Assembly: GCA_964508365.1 (NCBI GenBank)
Contig: CAZDTP010000008.1
Coordinates: forward strand, 1 to 64,000
DNA length: 64,000 nucleotides
Direction: 5' to 3'
Source of the DNA: an uncultured archaeon
GTDB taxonomy: Archaea > Asgardarchaeota > Lokiarchaeia > Sigyniarchaeales > SOKP01
The notes under the pieces were generated by a model, which was given only the letters and a program-made list of their open reading frames with translations, ran no database searches and was not told the origin of the DNA. This document shows, piece after piece, positions 29,047 through 38,989 of the stretch. Position numbers and translations under genes: made by a program. How positions within the stretch are numbered: the first letter of the stretch is position 1; every line of letters begins with the position of its first letter.

Positions 29047-29217
29047 TTCAAACAAGATATTTCAAATCCAATTAAATCATCCCAATCACCTTCTATTCTT
29101 TCACCGATTCAGGTAGAAGCAGAAGATTAAGGTAAAAGACCACATTTTTGCGTACAATGTGGTACAAAAGTGTCGTTTGAAACAGATTTTTGCTCAAGTT
29201 GTGGATCGGAACAGTAA
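29047..29217 (+). pseudogene. Relic of a zinc-ribbon gene (linker plus C-terminal finger)
   Basis: Frame reads FKQDISNPIKSSQSPSILSPIQVEAED*GKRPHFCVQCGTKVSFETDFCSSCGSEQ*; in-frame TAA at 29128-29130 and no start codon. Confidence 0.6.
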
Positions 29218-29344
29218 ATTGATATAATATACAAATTACTATAAAAGATATTCTTTTTTTTTAGCTTTTTGAAAACATTTTTATAGTTCTTAAACTCATT
29301 AAAGATCATTAAACTCTAAATAGAAATTAATAAAACTAAATTTA

Positions 29345-29644
29345 GTGAACAAAATGGGAAAAGTTTTTGGAATTATAGCTTTAATTTGCGGAATATTAGG
29401 TTTTATTGGATGGTTATTGTTCGGTTTGCTTCCATTCAATCTTCCTTTTAGTGGGCTCTATTTACCAGTGGCGGCTATAGTTTTTGGAATTATAGGGATT
29501 ATTGTAGACGACTCTAAAGGTATGGCAATTGCGGGTCTTATTCTAGGATGTATCGGTATAATATTTATTCTGCTTATCTTACCTTTGATAATAGTTTTCT
29601 TAGTTCTAATCGGATTTGGTGGGATGTTAGAAGCATTTACCTAA
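29345..29644 (+). CDS. Small 3-TM membrane protein, DUF4190-like
   Basis: FGIIALICGILG and GMAIAGLILGCIG patterns. Confidence 0.65.
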   Translation: MNKMGKVFGIIALICGILGFIGWLLFGLLPFNLPFSGLYLPVAAIVFGIIGIIVDDSKGMAIAGLILGCIGIIFILLILPLIIVFLVLIGFGGMLEAFT

Positions 29645-29935
29645 ATGAGCCCAAATTTTAAATTTAACTCTTTTTCTTTTTTTTATTTTAATATAGGTAT
29701 TTTCGATCAATTCCTTTGTTTTATCTTTAGAAAATTTATAAGACAAGATAAACGATACATCTTTCATGAAATCTAAGTAAATACCTCCTGTTCTAAACAA
29801 TATTAATATTACACATAAATTTAGAGATTCAAATAACTATGTTTTAAACAATGTTAAATCAAAACAAGAGTTCATAGAAAAAGTTAAAAAATAGAAAAAA
29901 AACTAATAGAATTTATCTTAATGTTAATACACAAC

Positions 29936-30169
29936 CTAACTGCTTGAACCTATCCCAAGTATGGTTTTACAGTTATTGCATATATTTACCTCAACATATG
30001 TACCCGCTGTTTTTCCAGCACCCACATACCCAGGAGATCTAACAGTAATATTATAAATGCCATCTATACGTGGGTCTCTTTTACGAGTATAATCTATATA
30101 CATTTTAGTTTCACACTTAGGACATACTATATATTCGGGAGGTTCGGGAGGCTCTATTGTGATTTTCAA
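29936..30169 (-). CDS. Small CxxC...CxxC metal-binding protein
   Basis: 77 aa with CPKC and CNNC; TTG start after GTGA. Confidence 0.55.
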   Translation of the reverse strand: MKITIEPPEPPEYIVCPKCETKMYIDYTRKRDPRIDGIYNITVRSPGYVGAGKTAGTYVEVNICNNCKTILGIGSSS

Positions 30170-30555
30170 TCACATCTTATTCTCATTTTTTTCTTATAAA
30201 TTTGGGGTTCAAATTTTATAAGATCTGTTGGATAATTTTTATTATGTTAATAAGATATATAATTCTATAGTTTTACTAAAATTAGATAATAGGGTTTAAA
30301 ATAATATTTTTTATATTTATACCTATAAAAACATTAATCGAATATACTATGAATGATGGTAAGCACTCGGTAAATATTGGAAAAACGAATATCACATTTA
30401 AAATTGAAGCTGTAGGTAGCGATGATAGCATTATCAAAATAATCTATACTTAATATCTCATTTTATAATTACTTCTGAAAAATCATTTAATTTTAAAAAT
30501 AAGCCAGTATTTTTAGAAACAGGATAAAACTCAAACTTTAAAGAACTTAAAAAAA

Positions 30556-32475
30556 TTGATCAAAATGAAAGAAGAATCTGAATTTGATTTAAATAATTTA
30601 TTTAAGAAGAAAGAAAAATTAGTGTTTCTTATTGGTGCGGGATGTTCCGTAGACTCTCCATCTTGCTTACCTGCAGGACGAAAGATGATAGAAACCATGG
30701 TGAGATATACGTGTCCAGAAACAGAAATATCTAAAATATTAAAAATTGAAGAGCTTCGGTTTGAAGCGCTCGTGGAAATAATTAGAGACAGATTAGACGA
30801 TGAGTTAAAAGTAATCGAATATTACTCTCAATGCAATAAACCAAATATACAACACTTTTTTCTGGCAGATATGATAAGGAAGGGGCAATTTGTAATGACT
30901 ACAAATTTCGATTTATTAATAGAACACGCCCTCCTTCAATTAAGCGTCCCAAAAAAAGAGATCATACCTGTTATTACAAAGGAAGATTTTATTAAATATA
31001 CGGATCCTAACAAACTTTTAAAAAAAAAGAAAAAAACATTATATAAAATTCACGGGTCAACAGTGAATTTAATTACAGGAGAAGATACAAAAGAATCTTT
31101 AGTGGCAACTATTCAAGCGTTTGGTTCTAACAAGACGGGGATGAATATTTTTGAAATTGAACCATTTAAAAGATCATTATTTGATAATATAACGGATAAA
31201 CGATCGTTAATCGTACTAGGCTATTCTGGGAGCGATGATTTCGATATCGTCCCCACTCTAAAAGTTCTAAAAAATCTTAAGAATATCATTTGGTTAAATT
31301 TCGTAAAAAATGATGAGGGGATAGCGAGAGCTTATGAATTAAATCCAATTAGTGGCCAAAATTTTAATAATTTCGATAAAATTGATAGAATTCTTTTAGA
31401 AATAAAACAAATGAAATATGTTGAGCATGTTTACAGAATAGATGTAAATACTTCAAGAATGATTAAGGAATTGATGGATTTTACGCCAGAAATCAGTCCT
31501 GATAGGTGGAATTTAAATCCATCTGATTGGCTCCTCGAGAACATAAAGACTCCAGATAAAAAAATGAAATTAGGGATTGCTCATTCAATCTATTTTGAAT
31601 TAAATATGTATGATGATGCGATGAGGATTCTTAAAGAGTTTATACAAGAAGCTGAAGCTTCAAACGATTCATTAGCATTAGCTCGGGGTTATTCACGCAT
31701 CGGGAGGATTTATAGAGATCGTGGCAACATTCAAGAAGCTTTTGTTTGGTTCATGAAAGCTGTTCCGATTGCTAGACCCTTAGGAGATGTTTTATTAAAA
31801 GTAAGGATTTTTTACAATCTTGGCTTGATTTTGAAAAGACGAGGTAATTTTGAAGAAGCAATGAAACTTTACAAAGAAGCACTTGATGATGCAGTGAAAT
31901 ATGATAAAAGAGAAGCTAAAGCAACACTTATAAATGGTATAGCAGCGATATATGCTGAACAAAGGAACTATTCTGAATCTTCAAAACTTTACAACGAGGC
32001 TCTTACAATAAATGAAGAGTTGGGAAATCTTAAAGGGATGTCTGTTATTTTAAATAATATAGGAATGATTTATTATGATCAGCATAATTTTCCTAAAGCT
32101 TTAGAGTATTATGAAAAATCGATTCAAATCTCTAAAGAATTAAGTGATTTAAGTAATGAGTCCCTAGTACTTAATAATATGGGTGCTGCTTACCAGGGCC
32201 AAATGAATCTTCAAGGCGCGTTAGATAAATATAATGAAGCCCTTCAAATTAACGATCGATTACAAGATGATCTTGGAAGGGCTAATTGCTTTAATAACAT
32301 AGGAACAATTAATTACCACCTCATGAGGCTCCCAGATTCTTTAAAGAATTTTGAAGATGCCTTACAAACACTAAACTCGATAGGTATGGGAAATTCGCCA
32401 AGAGCAAAGCTTTTAGAAGAAAATGTTGCTCAAGTAAAGAGTTATCTAGCAATGACAGGATTAGATAAGAATTAA
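30556..32475 (+). CDS. SIR2-like domain + TPR-repeat protein
   Basis: FLIGAGCS, TTNFD, YKIHGS and VLGYSGSD motifs, followed by about 7 TPR-like repeats; alternative ATG at 30565. Confidence 0.85.
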   Translation: MIKMKEESEFDLNNLFKKKEKLVFLIGAGCSVDSPSCLPAGRKMIETMVRYTCPETEISKILKIEELRFEALVEIIRDRLDDELKVIEYYSQCNKPNIQHFFLADMIRKGQFVMTTNFDLLIEHALLQLSVPKKEIIPVITKEDFIKYTDPNKLLKKKKKTLYKIHGSTVNLITGEDTKESLVATIQAFGSNKTGMNIFEIEPFKRSLFDNITDKRSLIVLGYSGSDDFDIVPTLKVLKNLKNIIWLNFVKNDEGIARAYELNPISGQNFNNFDKIDRILLEIKQMKYVEHVYRIDVNTSRMIKELMDFTPEISPDRWNLNPSDWLLENIKTPDKKMKLGIAHSIYFELNMYDDAMRILKEFIQEAEASNDSLALARGYSRIGRIYRDRGNIQEAFVWFMKAVPIARPLGDVLLKVRIFYNLGLILKRRGNFEEAMKLYKEALDDAVKYDKREAKATLINGIAAIYAEQRNYSESSKLYNEALTINEELGNLKGMSVILNNIGMIYYDQHNFPKALEYYEKSIQISKELSDLSNESLVLNNMGAAYQGQMNLQGALDKYNEALQINDRLQDDLGRANCFNNIGTINYHLMRLPDSLKNFEDALQTLNSIGMGNSPRAKLLEENVAQVKSYLAMTGLDKN

Positions 32476-32498
32476 AAATAAAGTGATTCTTTATTTTT

Positions 32499-33572
32499 TT
32501 ATTTTAAAAAAAAATCCCAGTCTATTTGACTTTCAATCAATTTTAATACGGTATCGATTTCGTCCTCTTGAATTCCTGGCTTCAATTTCTCAAGATTTCT
32601 CATTGTTGTATACGTATCAGAAGGGCTTAGAATTATTGGAATCTTTTTATCATTGGCTACTGTGATCACTTTAGCATCTGGTTGTATAAAACCAGTTAAA
32701 ATAAGCACGGATACATCCTCGTTTAGCGCCGCTAACGCAAGATCTGCGCGATCTCCGCCTGTAATTACAGCTGCTTTTTTAATTTGCCTTAAATATTTAA
32801 GAGCAGCTTGAGCATTCATGGCTCCGATGATAATATTTTCGACAGTATTATTCAAGCCTGCTGATGCGACTTCATTGATAAATTCTCCGCCAATTGCTTC
32901 AATCACTTCACTCACTCTGGGAGAAAATAATTCAATGCTCCTTTCTATTATCCCTAATACCGGTAAGTTATACTTATCAATGTGATCTGTTTGAAGCTCT
33001 TTGATTCTTGCTATGTATTCAAGATCTATTTTATTAAAAATAATTCCAGACATCCTAACATTCCTGAATTCAAAGTAATTTTTCGTGAAAAATATATTAT
33101 CTATACAATTATCTGAAGATTCGGGAGAGATATAGATTAAATCATTTATGCCTAAAGCTTTTGCGATACTGACATCATCGATTCCTACCCTTACAAATTT
33201 ACGAATTGAAGGTGCTCCTTCTATTATTACATAATCAACATCCTTAACGATTTTGTCGTATGCCGACTTTATCTTTTCTATATACTCTATTTTTTTACTA
33301 GAATCAATTAAATCAATATAGTATGAATCAGGAATAGAAACTGGACAAACTAAATCGTAAGAGCTTCGATTCTTATAGACAGTTTGTAAAATGAACTCAA
33401 TGTCTTTGTCCGCCTTGGAACTATACGCACCTCTTGGGCACCCAATCGGTTTAAAGTACGCAAATCTTTTCCCTTCTTTCTGTAATTTTTGAATAAAACC
33501 AATAGAAAGAAAGCTTTTTCCAGCTCTTTCTTTTAAAGAGCACAAATAAAACGCTTTTACCACATTACTCAC
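32499..33572 (-). CDS. Phosphotransacetylase N-terminal-like protein (BioD-like P-loop + DRTGG domain)
   Basis: RAGKSF, YFKPIG, IIEGA, VITGGDRAD, LILTG; lies downstream of the ADP-forming ACS. Confidence 0.85.
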   Translation of the reverse strand: MSNVVKAFYLCSLKERAGKSFLSIGFIQKLQKEGKRFAYFKPIGCPRGAYSSKADKDIEFILQTVYKNRSSYDLVCPVSIPDSYYIDLIDSSKKIEYIEKIKSAYDKIVKDVDYVIIEGAPSIRKFVRVGIDDVSIAKALGINDLIYISPESSDNCIDNIFFTKNYFEFRNVRMSGIIFNKIDLEYIARIKELQTDHIDKYNLPVLGIIERSIELFSPRVSEVIEAIGGEFINEVASAGLNNTVENIIIGAMNAQAALKYLRQIKKAAVITGGDRADLALAALNEDVSVLILTGFIQPDAKVITVANDKKIPIILSPSDTYTTMRNLEKLKPGIQEDEIDTVLKLIESQIDWDFFLK

Positions 33573-33632
33573 TTTTTTTCACATTTTTTATTTTTATTTA
33601 TTTTTATTTTAGATTTAATTATATTAACAATC

Positions 33633-35798
33633 TTAACGCGAGATAGTAATTTTAATGTCAACTGCACTATATCCTTTAACAAATGAAAGTAGGGGATTGA
33701 TATCTAATTCCAATATCTCTGGAAAATCGTTTACAAGTTGTGATAGTCTTAACAAAACTTCTATTATCGCATTAATATCAGAAGCGGGTTCTCCCCTAAC
33801 ACCTTGTAGTAAACTATAGATTTTAGTGTTTTCGATTAACTCTTTAGCACTTTCCTTAGTGAACTTATATGACAACGCAAAAGAGATGTCCTTCATAAAA
33901 TTAGCATAGATTCCTCCGGTCCCGAACATTATTAAAGGTCCAAATTGTGGATCTCTAGACATTCCGATAATAATTTCATTCACTTTTAGTTCTTTTTTAA
34001 TATCTATCATTTCTTGAACCTCGACTCCATAAATACGCGCGTTTTGGGGTCCAAATTTTTTAGCATTTTCAATGATTTGTACATACGCTTCGAAAGCTTC
34101 TTGTTCGGTTTCAACATTTAAGATTATTCCCCCTACATCAGTTTTATGTATAATATTGGGGCTAACTATTTTTAAAACAGATTTTCCTATTTCATTTTGC
34201 AATTTTCGCGCTTCTGCTGGTGTTGTTGCTAATTTTGATTTCGGTGAGATAATTCCATAAATATCGAAAATTTCACTCGTTTCATGGCTTAACAAAACTG
34301 TTCTCTCATCAGCTCTGACTTTTTTGAATATTTCTGCTACCTTTTCTTTATCTACTTTAAATTTTGCTACATCTAAATCTTTTACACTTTGCCTATTTAG
34401 AAAGTCATTATATGTTACCATAGCTTTAAGCGATTTAGCCCCACTTTCGGGAAATCGATAGCAGGGTATATGGTGCTGTTTTAAATATTTGGTAGCTTCC
34501 GCCATAGAGACTCCACCTATGAGTGCACACACAATCGGTTTATCAAATAAAGATTTCGAAACTATTTCATAAATTAGTTTAGCAACATCAGCTGGTTTAG
34601 TTTGAGCTTGGGGGCTCATAATAATTAGAGCACCATAGGTTGTAATATCATCTTCTTCGATATAGCCTTGAGCTCTTTCATTTAATCCAAAAATTGTTTT
34701 AATAGTAAATTCATAACGTTTAGGCGATGCATCACCGATTATATCTATTGGATTAAATATTGCAGCCTCAGCGGGTAAATTCTCTCTTAACAAATGTAAA
34801 ACTGGTTCGGAAAACTGAGCAAATTTTAATCCTTCTCTCTCAAATGAATCAACTGCTACAATTCCAGGGCCCCCAGCATTAGTGACAATAGCAAAGGAAT
34901 TCTTTTTTGGTATAGGTTGATATAAAAAGATTTCTCCATAATCAAAAAGATCTGCAATTGAGATTGCTCTTAATATTCCACACTTTTTGAAAGCTAAATC
35001 GTAAGCGATGTCTAATCCTGCCAAAGCTCCAGTATGGCTTGAAGCAGCTCGAGCACCTGCAGCACTAACTCCTGATTTTAAAATAATTATCGGTTTTTTA
35101 TATGCAGCTTTAGGAACAACTCGAAGAAATTTTTCTCCGTCCTCAATGCTTTCTAAATAGCACAGAATTACTTTTGTATTTGGATCGTTAGCAAGGTATT
35201 CAATAAAATCAACCTCGTCCATATCCGCTTTATTACCCAAGCTTATATTACATGAAAATCCGAATGCCTGATCCATAGAAAAATCCATCATTCCCGTTAA
35301 CATGGCGCCCGACTGAGAAATCATGGCAATTCCCCCATTTTTAGGAGTATTAGCAGCAAAAGAGCCATTATAGTTTAAGCCTATCAAACCTAAACAATTG
35401 GGCCCAATAACTCTCATATCATATTTCTTAGCAATTTGGACTAATTCTTGTTCTCGAGTAATTCCCAGTCCACCGATTTCTTTGAAGCCTGCAGTAATAA
35501 TAATTAACCCCTTTATTTTTTTCTTTCCGCATTCTTCTGCTATAGGATTAACAATCTCACTGGGAACTACAAATATGGCTATCTCGATTTTTTCTGGAAC
35601 ATCAAGGACGCTCTTATATGATTTGTATCCAAGGATTTTTTCTGCTTTTGGATTAATAGGGAATAATTTGCCTTCATACTTTGATTCAACAATATTTCTC
35701 AATACATTATATCCTACTTTTCCCGGTTTTGAACTCGCACCTATGATTGCAATGCTTTTAGGATCAAAGAAATAAGAAATATCGTTATTTTTTGGCAT
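33633..35798 (-). CDS. acdAB: Acetate--CoA ligase (ADP-forming), fused alpha/beta
   Basis: IAIIGAS...GKVG, GPNCLG, SQSGA, ASSHTG (phospho-His), TNAGGPG, NPIDIIGDA, KIVSPNIIHKTDVGG, ELDINP. Confidence 0.92.
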   Translation of the reverse strand: MPKNNDISYFFDPKSIAIIGASSKPGKVGYNVLRNIVESKYEGKLFPINPKAEKILGYKSYKSVLDVPEKIEIAIFVVPSEIVNPIAEECGKKKIKGLIIITAGFKEIGGLGITREQELVQIAKKYDMRVIGPNCLGLIGLNYNGSFAANTPKNGGIAMISQSGAMLTGMMDFSMDQAFGFSCNISLGNKADMDEVDFIEYLANDPNTKVILCYLESIEDGEKFLRVVPKAAYKKPIIILKSGVSAAGARAASSHTGALAGLDIAYDLAFKKCGILRAISIADLFDYGEIFLYQPIPKKNSFAIVTNAGGPGIVAVDSFEREGLKFAQFSEPVLHLLRENLPAEAAIFNPIDIIGDASPKRYEFTIKTIFGLNERAQGYIEEDDITTYGALIIMSPQAQTKPADVAKLIYEIVSKSLFDKPIVCALIGGVSMAEATKYLKQHHIPCYRFPESGAKSLKAMVTYNDFLNRQSVKDLDVAKFKVDKEKVAEIFKKVRADERTVLLSHETSEIFDIYGIISPKSKLATTPAEARKLQNEIGKSVLKIVSPNIIHKTDVGGIILNVETEQEAFEAYVQIIENAKKFGPQNARIYGVEVQEMIDIKKELKVNEIIIGMSRDPQFGPLIMFGTGGIYANFMKDISFALSYKFTKESAKELIENTKIYSLLQGVRGEPASDINAIIEVLLRLSQLVNDFPEILELDINPLLSFVKGYSAVDIKITISR

Positions 35799-35954
35799 AC
35801 TAATTAGGCAGTTTCTGATCTTTTAATGTATTCTAAAACTGTTTTATCTCTAGTAAGTTAAAAGCTTTTATATTTTGTTGCGCTCATCTACAGTTTCCAG
35901 AGGATAATAATTTTTTAAAAATGCTTTTTTATAATACCGCATTAGACAAGTATT

Positions 35955-36431
35955 ATGACTAAAGTAAAAATAATAACGACTAAAGGAGATATCAATCTTA
36001 CCTTATTCGACGAGGATGCTCCACTGACAGTCTCAAGTTTCTTGTTTTTAGCAAAACAAGGTTTCTATAACGGAATAAGCTTTCATCGAGTAATCGCTGA
36101 CTTTATGATTCAAGGGGGCGATCCTCTTGGTAACGGTATGGGTGGTCCAAGCGCAGTAGGTATAAAATCTTTTCCATTTCAAGGAAGAGAAGTGTCGTAT
36201 CCTTTTGCAGACGAATTTCAATCAGGAAAAGTCTTCACTAAGTCAGGAATATTAGCTATGGCAAATGCTGGACCTGCAACGAATGGTTCGCAATTTTTCA
36301 TAACTCACGTCCCTACTCCTCATTTAAATAACAAGCACACGATTTTTGGAGAATTAGTAAGTTCTGTGGATGAGAAAGTAGTTAACGAGATTAAGCAAGG
36401 AGATAAAATAAAGACAATTGAAATTCTATAA
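35955..36431 (+). CDS. Cyclophilin-type peptidyl-prolyl cis-trans isomerase
   Basis: FHRVIADFMIQGGDP, LAMANAGPATNGSQFFIT, HLNNKHTIFG. Confidence 0.95.
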   Translation: MTKVKIITTKGDINLTLFDEDAPLTVSSFLFLAKQGFYNGISFHRVIADFMIQGGDPLGNGMGGPSAVGIKSFPFQGREVSYPFADEFQSGKVFTKSGILAMANAGPATNGSQFFITHVPTPHLNNKHTIFGELVSSVDEKVVNEIKQGDKIKTIEIL

Positions 36432-36512
36432 CTTTATAAAGCAAATTTCATCCAACAAACTTTTTTATTTTTCCATTTTCTATTTTTTCACTAACATAAC
36501 GAGTACTACATT

Positions 36513-36680
36513 TTAGAGATCTTCATCATCCCATTCTCCATCGTTGTAGTCGTCAGAATCTTCATCATCATTATAAATATCATCTTCATCATCATCTTCA
36601 AAATCGTCATCCTTGAGATCAAAATTCTCTTTGAAGTCATCTCTATCTGTATACTCATTACATAAATCTTCATTTCCCAT
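36513..36680 (-). CDS. 55-aa hyperacidic microprotein, absent from the ORF track
   Basis: RBS AAGGAGGT then ATG; MGNEDLCNEYTDRDDFKENFDLKDDDFEDDDEDDIYNDDEDSDDYNDGEWDDEDL*; 30 of 55 residues are D/E. Confidence 0.75.
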   Translation of the reverse strand: MGNEDLCNEYTDRDDFKENFDLKDDDFEDDDEDDIYNDDEDSDDYNDGEWDDEDL

Positions 36681-36851
36681 ATAATAAACCTCCTTTTTGA
36701 ATGTTTATGTAATTTTAATTACCCTAGTTAAATAGATACTGTATTATTTGAAATACAAATCTTGAATGTTTTTTAAAATTTACGATCAGAAAGATTTATT
36801 AGCATATAGCCTTATTAATAATTCAAATTAGATTATTAATTTGCGTTTAAA

Positions 36852-38315
36852 ATGAGTAAAGAACTAAAAAACTTGATTGATTCGGTTGATTCGGCTAATC
36901 AAGCTCATTCTGACTTAGAAACAACGATTAGATATCTAAAAGAAGAAGTTCAGAAATTGAATTTCACTATCGGTGAACAGAGAACAATAATTCAAGACCA
37001 AAAATCAAAGCTTTCTAATCTTCAAGTCGAAAATATACCTAAAGATGTCTCTGTGCTAAAAGATTTGGTAACACAACAACGGCAAGATATAATAAAAAAA
37101 GATAAAGATATTGAAATTCTTCAACATACGATCGCAGAAATTACTGTAGAATTAGAAAATGTTCAAAAGTTTGAAGGAGAAAGCGAAAAATTAATCTATG
37201 CTAATAAGGAAATAGTCCAATTAACAGAAGAAAACGAAAATTTTCGATTAAAAGTTAAAGAAGTAAATAATACCTTAGCAGATCTCCAGAAAGAATTAGA
37301 TAATTATAAAGAAGATCCAGGCGAAGAAAATCCAGATTTATTAGATGCAAAAAAATTGATTATCAAATTAACTGAAGAGAACGGGATATATCGAGTTCAA
37401 ATTGAAACTTTGAAGCAGGAGATCGAATATCTAAAACAAAAAAATCATGAGAACGAAGCTTTAAAGAATCAATTCTCATACGAATTGAATGAAGCAAATA
37501 AAATTCTAGACCAATTAACTTACGATAACGATCAATATCATGAAAAGATAAATTACCTGCAACAAAAATTAGAAGAAACAGCAAAACATCAAGAAGAATT
37601 ACCTAAAGATAATGGAGATAACAATGAGATTGAAGAATTAAATAAGATCTTATTTGAATTAGAGATTGAGAATAACGATTTGAAAAACCTCGTTAACACT
37701 AATATTTCCATTATAGAGAATTTAAAACAAAGAAATACCGAAATGGAAAAGGAATTAGGAAAAAAAATAGCTTTTGAAAATCCAAAAATCAGTGATTTGC
37801 AGGATAGGGTTTTTGAAAAAGATGAAGAATTAAACAAGGTAACTCTTAAATTGCAGAAGTTTGAGAATGCTAACAAACAACTTAGTGATTTGATCGTCGA
37901 ATTAAAAGTACAACAAAATCAAAGAGGTGAAAGTATAGAGTTCGAAAGCTCCCCTAAGAGTTTTTCCTATGAAGGCCTTCCACCTAATCTTTTCTTCAGA
38001 ATGTATAAACTTTTAAGAGAAGATGATAAAACTACAATCATCAACCTATTGATCGACGATTTAAGTAGTGAGATCAGGGATGTTAGAACTTATGCTATAA
38101 AAATATTAAGTGTTATTAAAGGAGATCGCATTCTTGAAATATTAAAAGATATAATTAATGATGACGATTGGATAGTAAAACTATATCTTATTAAAGCATT
38201 TCGGAACTTTGATAAAGATGATACCATTCCAATATTAAAGAAGCTGCAAGAGGATAAAGATATTGATGTCCGCGAAGCTGCAATTAGCATGCTTTCAGAA
38301 CTAAAGCAATCATAA
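36852..38315 (+). CDS. Long coiled-coil protein with C-terminal HEAT-like repeats
   Basis: About 360 aa of E/K/L/N-rich heptads, then SSEIRDVRTYAI, DDDWIVKLYLI and DKDIDVREAAI repeats. Confidence 0.75.
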   Translation: MSKELKNLIDSVDSANQAHSDLETTIRYLKEEVQKLNFTIGEQRTIIQDQKSKLSNLQVENIPKDVSVLKDLVTQQRQDIIKKDKDIEILQHTIAEITVELENVQKFEGESEKLIYANKEIVQLTEENENFRLKVKEVNNTLADLQKELDNYKEDPGEENPDLLDAKKLIIKLTEENGIYRVQIETLKQEIEYLKQKNHENEALKNQFSYELNEANKILDQLTYDNDQYHEKINYLQQKLEETAKHQEELPKDNGDNNEIEELNKILFELEIENNDLKNLVNTNISIIENLKQRNTEMEKELGKKIAFENPKISDLQDRVFEKDEELNKVTLKLQKFENANKQLSDLIVELKVQQNQRGESIEFESSPKSFSYEGLPPNLFFRMYKLLREDDKTTIINLLIDDLSSEIRDVRTYAIKILSVIKGDRILEILKDIINDDDWIVKLYLIKAFRNFDKDDTIPILKKLQEDKDIDVREAAISMLSELKQS

Positions 38316-38455
38316 AAATGATATATTTCCTCGTTAATATCTTTTTTTCTAAAAAAAATAAATATCATTTCGAATAAATCATTAAATAATAAACAGGATT
38401 AAGCTTTTGAATAATCAATTCTCTGCATTTATTAATTCACGAAAGTTTTTTCGAT

Positions 38456-38722
38456 ATGATACGAAAATTAACTCAAAATAGATGGAACTGGTCTCAGAGA
38501 GATCAAATGTGGGTATTTATTGAGTGCGATGTTAAAGGAGAGCTAATTTACCATTATCAAGTAAAACCTCCTAAAGAATTCACAGAATTAACCATGAAAA
38601 TTAAAATTCTGAACGATAAATTAATTGTTTGTAAAGATTTAGAAGAAAACTCCAAAATTTTCGATGAGATGATGAAAATCTCAAAAAGAATGCAAAATAT
38701 GGGTAAAAATTCTTATTCTTAA
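38456..38722 (+). CDS. Hypothetical protein
   Basis: 88-aa ORF with ATG filling the intergenic space. Confidence 0.5.
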   Translation: MIRKLTQNRWNWSQRDQMWVFIECDVKGELIYHYQVKPPKEFTELTMKIKILNDKLIVCKDLEENSKIFDEMMKISKRMQNMGKNSYS

Positions 38723-38989
38723 ACTAAGAAAGAAAAAAACTATTTGATGGGAATCGATTGTATTGTTGTTGATTACCAAAAAATCATTTTGAAATTAACG
38801 GAAGTCATCAAAAATACTAATTAGATAAAATAGAAATCTTTTAATTCTACTTTTGGTTGAGATTTTTCATCTTTATTATAGGTATTGCATAAAATAGAGT
38901 GTAATTAAATCGATGTAATTTAGCATATATTTTTATATGATTATGGTCATATTTAAGAATAGTTTCTAAATATTAGAGGTTTAAAAAAA

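Noticed and set aside
29127-29309. Track ORF 29127-29309 (-)
   Set aside because: Antisense to the zinc-ribbon relic on the + strand; low-complexity sequence
30349-30453. 34-aa ORF MNDGKHSVNIGKTNITFKIEAVGSDDSIIKIIYT
   Set aside because: No RBS or motif; cannot be told from chance without homologs
37363-38368. Track ORFs 37363-37584, 37589-37876 and 38090-38368 (-)
   Set aside because: Antisense shadows of the coiled-coil/HEAT gene
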